Shown one piece after another: positions 46,704 to 58,649 of a DNA stretch of 64,000 nt. The DNA is taken from the NCBI GenBank assembly GCA_039985655.1, contig JBDWSF010000002.1:54047-118046 (forward strand). Direction: 5' to 3'. Under the pieces are notes generated by a model that was given only the letters and a program-made list of their open reading frames with translations, was not told where the DNA came from and searched no databases. The position numbers were made by a program, and so were the translations under genes. The DNA comes from Algibacter sp. (GTDB taxonomy: Bacteria; Bacteroidota; Bacteroidia; Flavobacteriales; Flavobacteriaceae). The stretch's first letter is position 1, and the number at the start of each line of letters is the position of its first letter.

Positions 46704-49700
46704 TTAGCTTTTCTTTTCGTCATTTAACTTCTTAACACTATCATACATGATTGGTGTTGCGATAAATAATGAAGAGTATGTACCTACTATAACACCTACA
46801 ATTAATGCAAACATGAATCCTCTAATTGAATCTCCACCAAAAATGAAGATCGCTAACAACACAACTAATGTTGTTAAAGAGGTATTTAATGTTCTACTTA
46901 ATGTACTGCTCAATGAAGCATCTACTACTTTATCGAAATTCCAGTTGGTGTGATCGTTGAAGAATTCACGAATTCTATCGAATACAACCACAGTATCATT
47001 TAATGAGTAACCAATTACGGTAAGTATTGCTGCGATGAACGCTTGGTCTATTTCCATGTTAAATGGCATAAACTTGTACGTTAAAGAGAAGATCCCTAAT
47101 ACGATTAATACATCGTGGAATACCGCTGCTACTGCACCAAGTGAATATTGCCATTTCTTAAAACGAATTAAGATATAAAGGAATACTACGATTAATGACC
47201 CTAAGATCGCCCAGAATGATGCCTTCTTAATATCATCAGCAATGGTTGGACTTACTTTGTCGTTACGCATTAAACCAATAGTTTTGCTATCAGAATCACT
47301 AATAAAGTCTTCGTAAGTTACACCTTCAAAATAAGGCTGTAATGCTTTAAATAAAGATGATCTTATCTCTTCATCTACCTCAGCTCCTGTTTCGTTAACT
47401 TTATACTTTGTTGCTATTTTTAATTGATTAGCATCTCCAAATGTTTTAGCGTTCGCACTACCAAAAACAGCAGGATCTGATAATACATCAGTAATTTCAG
47501 AAGCATTTACATCTTGTGCAAAACGCACTTGATATGTTCTACCTCCAACAAAATCAACACCTTGATCTAAACTATTTGTAAATAAAGATCCTAAACTTAA
47601 AAGGATAAATATCCCAGAAATAACATAAGCAATCTTACGTTTTTTCAAGAATTCTATACTAATATTTCTGAATAAGTTTTTAGTTATTGCTGTAGAGAAT
47701 TGCAACTGACCGCCTTTATTAGCATACCAATCGATTAATAATCTTGTAATAAAGATTGCCGTAAATAATGACGTTGCAATACCTATTAATAAGGTTGTTG
47801 CAAATCCTTTAATTGGACCAGTACCAAATATGAATAAGATTAAAGCTGTTAAACCTGTTGTAATATTCGCATCTAAAATAGATGATAATGCATTACTAAA
47901 TCCGTCTTTAATAGCTTCGCCTTGACTTTTACCTTTCGCTAATTCTTCTCGAATACGCTCAAAGATAAGTACGTTTGCATCGACCGACATACCAATGGTA
48001 AGTACGATACCCGCAATACCAGGTAATGTTAATACAGCTCCTAATCCTGATAATACACCAAAGATTAATAAGATGTTTAATAACATAGCGATATCTGCAA
48101 ACCCACCTGCTTTTCCGTAATAGAAAATCATCCATACTAATACTAACGCTAATGCGATTAGGAATGACATAGAACCACTATCAATCGCTTCTTGACCTAA
48201 TGATGGACCAACAACTTCCGATTGAATAATATCTGCTGACGCTGGTAATTTACCTGCACGTAATACGTTCGCTAAATCGATTGCTTCGTTTAATGTGAAA
48301 TTCCCTGAGATAGAAGAACTACCACCTGCAATAGGTCCCGTAGTTACACCTGGCGCAGAATACACAACGTCATCTAAAACAATAGCTATTTGACCTTGTG
48401 TGTTAAATGCTCTTCCTGTCATTTCTTCCCAAATCTTAGCCCCTTTTGCATTCATTTGCATAGATACTTCAGATTTTCCTGTAGGACCAAATTGGTTACG
48501 AGCATCTACAACAACAGAACCACTTAATTCTGGTTGATTATCTCTATTACCTTTTAAAGCATATAAATCTACAACTTCAGATCCTTTTTCAGCTTTACCA
48601 AAAGCAAACTTAGCATAACGTAACTCTGCTGGTAATAAGGCTCTAACTTCTTTAGAGTTTAAATACCCTAAAATGGTAGCTTTATCTTTAATTTCGAACT
48701 GAGCAACAACTGGTCCACCTCTATAACCTTGGCCTCTTATCAAGCTTATTATTGGACTTACATCCGCTACTGCCGTAGAATCTGTAGTAGCATCTCCTAA
48801 AAGCGCGTTAATTTTATCTTCGGCTGCATTGGTTGCATTCTCTTCATCAGCAGGTTCAGTTTCAGCAACTTCTTCTTTGACATCAATAGTTTGTTTTACT
48901 ACCCCATCAGCTTGGTATAAGAATGGTAAAAATTGCTCACCTTTATAAGCATCCCAAAATTCTAATTGCGCCGTACTTTGTAATAATCCTGTAGCACGCT
49001 CTACATCTTTAACACCTGGCAATTCTACTAAAATACGCCCAGAAGTTCCTAAACGTTGAATGTTAGGAGATGTTACTCCAAATTCATCAATACGCTTACG
49101 TAATACTTCGAAAGCAGAAACTATAGATTCATCAATTTTAGTTCTAACGATTTCTTTAGTTTCATCATCAGTCATCTTTCCGTTAATCTCACCATCTAAT
49201 GCTTTTGTATAAAAAATATCTGGAGATGCTAACTTTACATCGCCTTTAATCGCATCAAATGCTATGAAGAAATCATCTACATAGTTATTTTGACTATCTT
49301 TTTGAAGCTCTGATGCATCATCTAAAGCTTGATTAAAAAGAGGATCTTTACTGTAATTCGCTAATCCTTTAATGATATCCTTTACAGACACTTGCAAAAT
49401 AACATTGATACCACCTTTTAAATCAAGACCAAGGTTCATCGCTTTTTGCTTTACATCATTGTATGTGTATTTTGCAATGCCAATGTTATAAACCGTATCT
49501 GTAGCAATCGATTCTAAATAACTTGCCTCTTCGCTACTTCTTTTTGAACGGTAATCAGTTTCTGTATCCGCTATTTTACTAATCGCCTGTTCTTGTGCTT
49601 CTTTTGTAATTTGGCTGCCTTTAAATGTAAAAGACAATTGGTAGATACTTACCAATCCAAACAAAAGCGCAAATAATTTTACTAATCCTTTATTTTGCAT
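46704..49700 (-). CDS. secDF: protein translocase subunit SecDF (fused SecD-SecF)
   Basis: 998 aa with 12 TM segments in two blocks. It has the LGLDLKGG start of the SecD P1 domain and the SecF-type C-terminal half (GVDFVGGR...). Confidence 0.95.
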   Translation of the reverse strand: MQNKGLVKLFALLFGLVSIYQLSFTFKGSQITKEAQEQAISKIADTETDYRSKRSSEEASYLESIATDTVYNIGIAKYTYNDVKQKAMNLGLDLKGGINVILQVSVKDIIKGLANYSKDPLFNQALDDASELQKDSQNNYVDDFFIAFDAIKGDVKLASPDIFYTKALDGEINGKMTDDETKEIVRTKIDESIVSAFEVLRKRIDEFGVTSPNIQRLGTSGRILVELPGVKDVERATGLLQSTAQLEFWDAYKGEQFLPFLYQADGVVKQTIDVKEEVAETEPADEENATNAAEDKINALLGDATTDSTAVADVSPIISLIRGQGYRGGPVVAQFEIKDKATILGYLNSKEVRALLPAELRYAKFAFGKAEKGSEVVDLYALKGNRDNQPELSGSVVVDARNQFGPTGKSEVSMQMNAKGAKIWEEMTGRAFNTQGQIAIVLDDVVYSAPGVTTGPIAGGSSSISGNFTLNEAIDLANVLRAGKLPASADIIQSEVVGPSLGQEAIDSGSMSFLIALALVLVWMIFYYGKAGGFADIAMLLNILLIFGVLSGLGAVLTLPGIAGIVLTIGMSVDANVLIFERIREELAKGKSQGEAIKDGFSNALSSILDANITTGLTALILFIFGTGPIKGFATTLLIGIATSLFTAIFITRLLIDWYANKGGQLQFSTAITKNLFRNISIEFLKKRKIAYVISGIFILLSLGSLFTNSLDQGVDFVGGRTYQVRFAQDVNASEITDVLSDPAVFGSANAKTFGDANQLKIATKYKVNETGAEVDEEIRSSLFKALQPYFEGVTYEDFISDSDSKTIGLMRNDKVSPTIADDIKKASFWAILGSLIVVFLYILIRFKKWQYSLGAVAAVFHDVLIVLGIFSLTYKFMPFNMEIDQAFIAAILTVIGYSLNDTVVVFDRIREFFNDHTNWNFDKVVDASLSSTLSRTLNTSLTTLVVLLAIFIFGGDSIRGFMFALIVGVIVGTYSSLFIATPIMYDSVKKLNDEKKS

Positions 49701-49880
49701 GTTTTAATTTTTAATTATCGTCAAAATTTTACGACGAGCAAATATAAAATTTACCATATCATTTTGACATTTTTTTATGTTGAAATGTAGTTTTTACAGC
49801 TTCATAAATTTATTATGATAGCCTGTATTAAATTTGAGCATTAAATTATAAGCTCGAAATTTAAATAATTTGGGATATTT

Positions 49881-50528
49881 TTAGCAAATGGGTCCTGCCC
49901 TTACCTCTGGAATACTATGTAAAGCCTCTTCTATTTCAAATGAAATCTGTTGAGCTATTTTATAGGCTACTTTTACTAGATTTTCTTTTTCGCTTACGCG
50001 AATATCGTTAGAAGAAACATCGAAAGTAGGATTGTATATTCTATCGTTTTTAGGCTTAGGCTCTAAAACAACTTTACCGTCTTCACCTGAATAGGTATCA
50101 TTAACCTTCTGAATTTCGAAAACATCTAGATTGTAACTAACGTCATACTCTTCATGAGGAAGATTAGAACTATCTTGATTTAAATCTGAATAATCAAGCG
50201 TTAGATTATTTTCTCTAGAAAGCGTTTTTTGGATACTCGCTACATCAGCATCACTATAATAGGTAATTTTTAATTGCCCATTTTCACCTTCTAGCACTTG
50301 TAAATTATCAACTCCAATGGCTTGTAATTGACCTTTAACTCTTGCAATTGTATTTTTTGCAGCGTCAGATGATAACTGAACATCTGTAAACTGTAATACA
50401 ATTTCTTGATTAGGTAAAGCAATTTGCTGCTGATTAACAACACCAAATAGGGTAAGTATAAAAATTATAGCACTAATGCACCATCTTGCTTTCATGTGGT
50501 AGTAATTATTGCTTTTTAAAGGTGACAT
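49881..50528 (-). CDS. hypothetical membrane-anchored protein
   Basis: 215 aa with no recognisable motifs. A hydrophobic anchor follows the internal Met (MKARWCISAIIFILTLFG), so the true start may be 50495. Confidence 0.45.
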   Translation of the reverse strand: MSPLKSNNYYHMKARWCISAIIFILTLFGVVNQQQIALPNQEIVLQFTDVQLSSDAAKNTIARVKGQLQAIGVDNLQVLEGENGQLKITYYSDADVASIQKTLSRENNLTLDYSDLNQDSSNLPHEEYDVSYNLDVFEIQKVNDTYSGEDGKVVLEPKPKNDRIYNPTFDVSSNDIRVSEKENLVKVAYKIAQQISFEIEEALHSIPEVRAGPIC

Positions 50529-50654
50529 CTATCATCCAATTAACAACTGCTGTAAATATTAAACATTTAGTTACCGGATGTTTCATACGTCAAATATAAA
50601 AAAATAAAGACTGTATCGCTACAGTCTTTATATAAATATGTATTTAAAATGTTT

Positions 50655-50680
50655 AGATTCCTGTTTTCACTGGAATGACA
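50655..50680. repeat. short palindromic intergenic repeat (AGATTCCnG...nGGAATGACA family), copy 2
   Basis: AGATTCCTGTTTTCACTGGAATGACA. Its flanks (TTTAG upstream, ...TTCAA downstream) are shared with 16295-16320. Confidence 0.6.
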
Positions 50681-50727
50681 GCTTCAAATGACACATCGAA
50701 AATGAATTTCAATGCCTTATTTCTCAA

Positions 50728-51654
50728 CTATAACTCTAACAATCCGTTAGTCTTTTTAACACCCTCTGCAGATTCAGCTAATTTTGCTTTTTCAGCATCA
50801 GATAAGCTAATTTCTACTATTTTTTCGATTCCATTAGCACCTAAAACACAAGGTACACCAATTGATAAATCGCTTAACCCAAATTCACCTTCTAATAAAG
50901 CTGAGCAAGGGAATATCTTTTTAGTATCGCAAGCAATGGCTTGAACCATTCCAGATACAGCAGCTCCCGGTGCATACCAAGCAGAAGTTCCTAATAATCC
51001 AGTTAATGTCGCTCCACCAACTTTAGTATCTTGTACCACTTGATCCATTCTTTCTTCTGATAAAAACTCAGAAACAACAACACTGTTTCTTACAGCTTTT
51101 CCAATTAATGGCACCATACCTTTATCGCTATGCCCACCAATTACCATACCGTCTACATCGCTAATAGGCGCTCCTAAAGCTTCTGCTAATCTGTATTTAA
51201 AACGAGCAGAATCTAAAGCGCCACCCATACCAATAATTCTATTTTTAGGTAAATCGGTCGTTTTATGAACTAAATAAGTCATCGTATCCATAGGATTACT
51301 AACAACAATAATAATTGTATTTGGAGAATGCTCAATTAAGCTAGAAGATACAGACTTAACAATACCTGCATTAATACCAATTAATTCTTCGCGAGTCATT
51401 CCTGGTTTACGAGGAATACCTGAAGTAATTACACAAACATCACTACCTGCTGTTTGACTGTAATCGTTAGTAATTCCTGTAATTTTTGTATCGAATCCAT
51501 TTAAAGATGCTGTTTGCATTAAATCCATCGCTTTCCCTTCTGCAAAACCTTCTTTAATGTCTAATAATACAACTTCTGCTGCAAAATCTTTAATTGCAAT
51601 ATACTCTGCACAACTTGCACCAACTGCTCCTGCTCCAACTACTGTAACTTTCAT
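50728..51654 (-). CDS. mdh: malate dehydrogenase (LDH-like type)
   Basis: 308 aa. It has MKVTVVGAGAVG, GIPRKPGMTREEL and the IGGHSD block. Confidence 0.95.
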   Translation of the reverse strand: MKVTVVGAGAVGASCAEYIAIKDFAAEVVLLDIKEGFAEGKAMDLMQTASLNGFDTKITGITNDYSQTAGSDVCVITSGIPRKPGMTREELIGINAGIVKSVSSSLIEHSPNTIIIVVSNPMDTMTYLVHKTTDLPKNRIIGMGGALDSARFKYRLAEALGAPISDVDGMVIGGHSDKGMVPLIGKAVRNSVVVSEFLSEERMDQVVQDTKVGGATLTGLLGTSAWYAPGAAVSGMVQAIACDTKKIFPCSALLEGEFGLSDLSIGVPCVLGANGIEKIVEISLSDAEKAKLAESAEGVKKTNGLLEL

Positions 51655-51874
51655 AAGATAATATTTAAAATTGTTTTTGTTTTTTTACATCATTCTTATT
51701 AATAACCTCATTTTTTATGAAATTATCAATAACCAAAATTCGTGACATATATGACTGAATTTTATGATTTTAGTCATACAAAATTACAAATTTTAATGCT
51801 CTAAACGAAGAAAGTGCAAGATTTAATCTTGCACTTTCTTAAAACTAATAACTAACTAAAACTATATATAAAAA

Positions 51875-52921
51875 TTATCTAAAACTCAATGCTATTCCTG
51901 CCGAAACAGTATTATATTCTTGTAATGTATAATCGCCAAATATTTTAAAAGGGCCTAAGTTTAATCGCGCTCCAATTGTACTTCTCATACCATTAGCATC
52001 GAAATCTAAATTAATAGGATCTGAAATGGATTCATCAACCGTTCCTACTGGTGTTCCATTATTATCTTCGACCTCATAAGTTAATTCGTAATCACCTTTC
52101 ATTTTTATAGAAGAACTACCATTATTATAACCAAGGCTAGCATATAGGGTTACTATTTTAAAATCTAAAGACCCTAAAGCTTGAACCGTCCATGTATTCA
52201 TTTTAAATTCTGCGGCACCATCTGTTATAGCGATATCATCAGATGAATCTTCATCCTCGATAGCATAAGTAACATCCATTTTTGTGAAGGCAGCTAATAC
52301 AGATACACTTAAAGGTAATTTATCTAAAGGCCCGAAATACTGCATTAAATCATGTTGTAAACCAAGTCCAATTAAACTCGCCTCTACACTATCGTCAAAA
52401 TTTAAAGTAGGAACATATCTTACTTTTATATCTGTTTTTGATGGCAAACCAAATCCAATCTGTACCATAGGCGCAGGAACAGCGTTTATTGGTAAATCTT
52501 CTGTAATACCTCCTGGCATTTGAAAACTTGTTACTTTATATGAATTGCCTTGGTATGGCACTCTAATATCTACTGTAGTTTCAGAATCATCGCTTCCCAT
52601 AACTGTAGGAACAGATGTTTCTCCATTTGGAAGACTTGCGAATTGATAATCACTAGGAATAAATTGAAAAACCTCATCGGCTGTTGGCACCATAGATGCA
52701 TTTACACTAATTGTTAAATCGAATCCAAACTTTTTATGTGTTTTTGCTGTGGTCGCCCAACCGCCATTCATACTATACATCAATCCATTCATAACTGGAC
52801 GAATATAATTTTCGGTTAGTTTACTAGCATCATCTGCTGCTAATAGAATACTTTCTAATTCTTGCGCTTTAGAAAATTGTGTTACAAAAAATAGTAACAT
52901 CATTAAGGTCAATTTTTTCAT
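51875..52921 (-). CDS. hypothetical outer-membrane beta-barrel-like protein
   Basis: It has a signal peptide at the internal Met (MKKLTLMMLLFFVTQFSKAQ) and a C-terminal aromatic residue (…GIALSFR). The longer listed ORF (to 53017) would run into the gyrB terminator, so I chose the shorter start. Confidence 0.5.
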   Translation of the reverse strand: MKKLTLMMLLFFVTQFSKAQELESILLAADDASKLTENYIRPVMNGLMYSMNGGWATTAKTHKKFGFDLTISVNASMVPTADEVFQFIPSDYQFASLPNGETSVPTVMGSDDSETTVDIRVPYQGNSYKVTSFQMPGGITEDLPINAVPAPMVQIGFGLPSKTDIKVRYVPTLNFDDSVEASLIGLGLQHDLMQYFGPLDKLPLSVSVLAAFTKMDVTYAIEDEDSSDDIAITDGAAEFKMNTWTVQALGSLDFKIVTLYASLGYNNGSSSIKMKGDYELTYEVEDNNGTPVGTVDESISDPINLDFDANGMRSTIGARLNLGPFKIFGDYTLQEYNTVSAGIALSFR

Positions 52922-53012
52922 TTTTTCATTAATTTGGTTACAACAAAAATATAAAAAAAACCACACAAAACAACTTTTTATCGTTAAAAAATGTATTTTA
53001 TCGATATTATAA

Positions 53013-53049
53013 AACAAAAAAGAACCCTGACATCAAATAATATCAGGGT
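53013..53049 (-). terminator. intrinsic terminator after gyrB
   Basis: The hairpin ACCCTGA (53024-53030) / TCAGGGT (53043-53049) is followed on the minus strand by a T-run. Confidence 0.75.
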
Positions 53050-53074
53050 CATACAAGAAAATTTATTTCCTTAT

Positions 53075-55039
<1,965 letters not shown>

Positions 55040-55686
55040 CTATAATTTAAGTTTCGTTTTATTTCATAAAAAAATGACACTACTGCATCATTTTTTATTA
55101 CTATCAAATATACGAATTATAAAAACGCTTAAAAAGACTCTTAACGAGTTTATTCAATAATTATTAACAATTGTTAGTTTCTTTAAAAACGGCTTAAATC
55201 ATCTAAAAACAACTTTAAATCAAATTTCAAGTTTTATAATTCATCTTCAAAAAACAAAAAAATTTAAAAAACGCTTAGAGTTCATTATTCAGTTATACCG
55301 AATATCATTTTTATCAAAAAAGAAGAATTTATTTAAACAAAAGCAATCGATTAATAGTCAACATATTCTATTTTAAAAATTAATTGATCTCACGTTTGTT
55401 CTTGTTTTTTGTTATTGAATATTTTAGTTTGTTTGTACTTTAACCCTCCTAATTTCGATTGAAATCGAAATTGTCCTCCCTTTTAAAACAAAAAGGGAAG
55501 AGTTGGTTTTGTTGATATTTTTTTTTGTGAAATACGAACTCGACAAGGACAAATGAACATTGTTTATTTGACATGGATTACACAGATTATCGCGGATTAT
55601 TTACTGTTGTGGCTTCTTTTTTGTTCTCCGAGTAAACATTCTTCTTTTTTATCAATTATTTTAATCTTTTACAGATTAAATATCAA

Positions 55687-55758
55687 CTTGACTTTGTAAA
55701 AAATTTCAGCTACCTTCGTTTAACGTTGGATATAAAATATTAAAACGATTTCATATTC
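55687..55758 (+). promoter_or_regulatory. 72-nt repeat, copy B (promoter-like TTG ... TACCTTCG plus hairpin)
   Basis: Copy B matches 20299-20370 at 66 of 72 positions. It lies 65 nt upstream of the tautomerase-like ORF. Confidence 0.55.
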
Positions 55759-55823
55759 GACAAATACATTAGCTGTCAGACGAAAACGTAACTCAATTCT
55801 GACAAATAAAAACATTAAAAAAC

Positions 55824-56219
55824 ATGCCATTAGTAAGAATAAGTTTACCAAATAAATTCACAAAGAAAACAAAGGATGATATCTCGATTTCTGTTCATAA
55901 ATCATTGATTAAAGAATTTAATATTCCTGAAAATGATTATTTCCATATTATTGAAGAATTAGAGTCTGAGCAAATTAAATACCCAGAAAAGTATTTAGAA
56001 ATTCAACATACCTCAGATATTATTTATGTTCAAATTATTGCTGGACAAGGACGGACATTAGAACAAAAAAAGAAACTGTATCATGAAATTGCCACTCAAG
56101 TAAGTTCTTCAAGCTCAATCACCAAAAATAATGTAATAATTACACTCCTTGAAAATAACGGAAGAGAAGACTGGTCCTTTGGTAACGGAGAAATTCAAGA
56201 ACCTAAACACTTGAAATAA
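55824..56219 (+). CDS. tautomerase-superfamily protein (4-oxalocrotonate tautomerase-like, long form)
   Basis: 131 aa. It begins MPLVRISLP (an N-terminal Pro after Met removal is the catalytic hallmark) and has a beta-alpha-beta-like duplicated layout. Confidence 0.6.
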   Translation: MPLVRISLPNKFTKKTKDDISISVHKSLIKEFNIPENDYFHIIEELESEQIKYPEKYLEIQHTSDIIYVQIIAGQGRTLEQKKKLYHEIATQVSSSSSITKNNVIITLLENNGREDWSFGNGEIQEPKHLK

Positions 56220-56431
56220 ATGAAAATATCGAATATTGACAAAACATTAAACAACGTAGTGCAAGATAAAAAGTAGGCGTAAAACTTGCTTTTTTAACAG
56301 GAGATGAGGACATGTCCGTTTTTGCAATTGAGTTAAAAAGAGGTCAATTTATTCCTGCTCATTATCATAAAATAGGAATTGAAGCCTACTTTATCTTGTT
56401 TGGTGAAGGAATTGTATCAATAGGAAAATAA
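56220..56431 (+). pseudogene. cupin-domain gene relic (frameshifted and truncated)
   Basis: MKISNIDKTLNNVVQDKK* continues after a 1-nt shift as VGVKLAFLTGDEDMSVFAIELKRGQFIPAHYHKIGIEAYFILFGEGIVSIGK*. The H-x-H...E cupin motif 1 is present, but the second half of the barrel is missing. Confidence 0.5.
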
Positions 56432-56822
56432 ATAGAGAGCAATTAGTTTGAGAATACTGGGAAACACAAAAACAATTACAGTTAAAACTATAAGCTAGTA
56501 AACAGATGCGTTAAGGATTGCAGTGGAAAGCCCACAGCTCGACGAAGGAGATGCGAGGACTTGAAATGAAAAGCCTGACCCGCAGGGGAACGTCCAAATT
56601 ATTTTTACGCTCATTTTAAAACTCAAAGCATTTAAAATTCGTGGCTAAATGTTTTTCTGCACAACCAAATCAATACACATAAAAACGCTATTCTCGACAA
56701 TACCTTATAAACTTTCAAATTAATATTAGCTTTTTTAATAATATGATAATATAGAATAGGTTATATCAAAAAATGATGTGTAGTCTATTTATTCTATTTA
56801 TATTTGGGCAGATAAAAAAACA

Positions 56823-56870
56823 ATGATAAATAATAACAACACTAATAATTTCAATAATCCTAATTGCTAG
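56823..56870 (+). CDS. candidate leader peptide MINNNNTNNFNNPNC (15 codons, 9 Asn)
   Basis: The ORF runs from ATG 56823 to TAG 56868-56870, read codon by codon. It lies between a TATATTTG box (56799-56806) and the antiterminator/terminator segments upstream of the gatC-like gene. Confidence 0.45.
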   Translation: MINNNNTNNFNNPNC

Positions 56871-56935
56871 GGTTGGAAGGTTGTTGTTTAAACATATATA
56901 AATAAAGCCTTCCAAATTTTGGAAGGTTTTTTTTT
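56871..56935 (+). promoter_or_regulatory. candidate attenuator: antiterminator segment, shared middle segment and terminator
   Basis: TTGGAAGGTT occurs twice (56873-56882 and 56919-56928). Both copies are complementary to CCTTCCAA (56908-56915), so the two helices are mutually exclusive. Confidence 0.5.
56905..56935 (+). terminator. intrinsic terminator 43 nt upstream of the gatC-like start codon
   Basis: CCTTCCAA (56908-56915) pairs with TTGGAAGG (56919-56926) around a 3-nt loop. Nine consecutive T follow (56927-56935). Confidence 0.75.
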
Positions 56936-56977
56936 GAGATTGTTTTAAAGTAATCTCGCTAATCAAAAATTGAAGAC

Positions 56978-57247
56978 ATGAGTAAAATTATGACAGTCGA
57001 CATCTTGTCGAGTATTAAAGGAGCACAGCCCTCTGAGGCCGTTAGCAAATTATTTGATGTGATTAAAAATGCGCATCCAACAACTAATAATTCTTTTAAT
57101 AACGCGAATAATAATGCGGTGTCTTTATCAGATTTAAGAGATGATGTTGTTATTGAAAGTTCGGCAATAGAAAAACAAATTATTAAAGAAAACTTTCCGA
57201 ACGAAAAAAACGGATTTCTAGTCGTATCTAAAGTTATAGAAGAATAA
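56978..57247 (+). CDS. gatC: GatC-like small subunit (divergent)
   Basis: 89 aa. The C-terminal LRDDVV...NFPNEKNGFLVVSKVIEE matches the GatC tail (LREDxV ... NAP ... F-x-VP-x-VIE), but the N-terminal half is divergent. The stop lies 1 nt before the gatA ATG. Confidence 0.55.
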   Translation: MSKIMTVDILSSIKGAQPSEAVSKLFDVIKNAHPTTNNSFNNANNNAVSLSDLRDDVVIESSAIEKQIIKENFPNEKNGFLVVSKVIEE

Positions 57248-57248
57248 T

Positions 57249-58649
57249 ATGGATTCTCAAATAAAACACATACACCAGCAGTTGGTGGATAAAAAAATAA
57301 CGTGTACCGCTTTAGTACAAGGTCGATTGGATTTACTAAAACAAAATACACATAATACGGTTAATTCGCTTTTAGATACTACAGCATTAAAATTGGCTGC
57401 AAAAGTAGATGCTAAAATAGCTCATGGCGAAACTATTGGTTTGCTTGAAGGTATTCCGTTTGGAATAAAAGATGTGTATATGGTTCAAGGCACCTACACA
57501 ACAGCGAGCTCAGATTTATTAAAAAATTATAAATCGGCTTACACAGCAACGGCTATTCAAAAATTATTGGATGCTGGCGCCATTCCTTTGGTAAAAGAAA
57601 ACTGTGATAGTTTTGGTCATGGATCATCTAGTGAAAACACCATTTTTGGAGCGGTTAAAAATGCTATCAACCCCCATTTAGTTGGTGGTGGTTCTAGCGG
57701 CGGTTCTGCTGTAAACGTTGCTAAAGATTACACCGTGTTTTCTATTGGTGGCGATACTGGTGGTTCTGTGCGTCAACCCGCAGGTTACAATAATATCTAT
57801 GGTTTAAAACCGACTTACGGACGTATTTCACGTTTCGGATTAATGGCATACGCATCGTCTACAGATTGTGTTGGTCCTTTAGCAAAATCTATCGAAGATA
57901 TTAGAATTGTGCTGAATGTGATGAGTGGTAAAGATGTTAAAGATCAAACGACTTACGCTTCCGCGGAAATAAAAGATGACAGTATTTCAAATTCCGAAGG
58001 CATTAAAACAATCGGGTATTTTAAAAACTTTATTGAAAGTGACGCTATTGATGCTCAAGTTAAATCTGATTTTTTAGATGCTATTGAAAAAATAAAAGCC
58101 AAAGGCATTGAAGTGAAAGCACTCGATTTCTTAGAAGCTAATACGTTAGTTTCTACTTATTATACTTTGGCTATGGCAGAAACGGCCTCTAACCTATCGC
58201 GTTTAGATGGTACAAATTATGGTGAACGTATTGAATCTGGAACTTTAAAAGAAACTTATTCAGTAACCCGTTCTGAAAATTTCTCTGAAGAATCAAAACG
58301 CAGAATTGTTGGTGGAAACCAAGTATTATCTCAAGGTTTTTCTGATGAAATTTACCTAAAAGGATTAGCGCTTAGAGATCAAATTTCTGAGAATTTCGAA
58401 AAAGATTTTAATGAAGTTGATATTATCCTTTCGCCAGTTACACCAAGCACTCCTCCAAAAATTGGAGACAGTTTAAAAGACCCACATGCCATGTACTTAT
58501 CTGATGCCTACACGGTTGGTTTTAGCTTAGGGCAATTACCAACACTTACGGTACCACAAGGCACAGCAACTGGTTTACAAATTAGTGCTGCAAAAAATAA
58601 TGATGAACTTGTTTTGAAGTTTGCTAACTTCCTAAAAGACACGATATAA
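57249..58649 (+). CDS. gatA: amidase-signature protein, GatA-like subunit of Asp-tRNA(Asn)/Glu-tRNA(Gln) amidotransferase
   Basis: 466 aa. It has GIPFGIKD, the GGSSGGSA amidase signature, GGDTGGSVRQPA and a GatA-like N-terminal helix. Its stop overlaps the next start (TAATG). Confidence 0.85.
   Translation: MDSQIKHIHQQLVDKKITCTALVQGRLDLLKQNTHNTVNSLLDTTALKLAAKVDAKIAHGETIGLLEGIPFGIKDVYMVQGTYTTASSDLLKNYKSAYTATAIQKLLDAGAIPLVKENCDSFGHGSSSENTIFGAVKNAINPHLVGGGSSGGSAVNVAKDYTVFSIGGDTGGSVRQPAGYNNIYGLKPTYGRISRFGLMAYASSTDCVGPLAKSIEDIRIVLNVMSGKDVKDQTTYASAEIKDDSISNSEGIKTIGYFKNFIESDAIDAQVKSDFLDAIEKIKAKGIEVKALDFLEANTLVSTYYTLAMAETASNLSRLDGTNYGERIESGTLKETYSVTRSENFSEESKRRIVGGNQVLSQGFSDEIYLKGLALRDQISENFEKDFNEVDIILSPVTPSTPPKIGDSLKDPHAMYLSDAYTVGFSLGQLPTLTVPQGTATGLQISAAKNNDELVLKFANFLKDTI

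Noticed and set aside
56766-57351. Minus-strand ORFs 56766-56966 (66 aa) and 56959-57351 (130 aa), opposite the leader region and the gatC-like gene.
   Set aside because: Their translations are Ile/Phe/Leu-rich with no motifs, and they overlap the plus-strand terminator and the coupled gatC/gatA genes. The plus-strand interpretation explains the sequence better.
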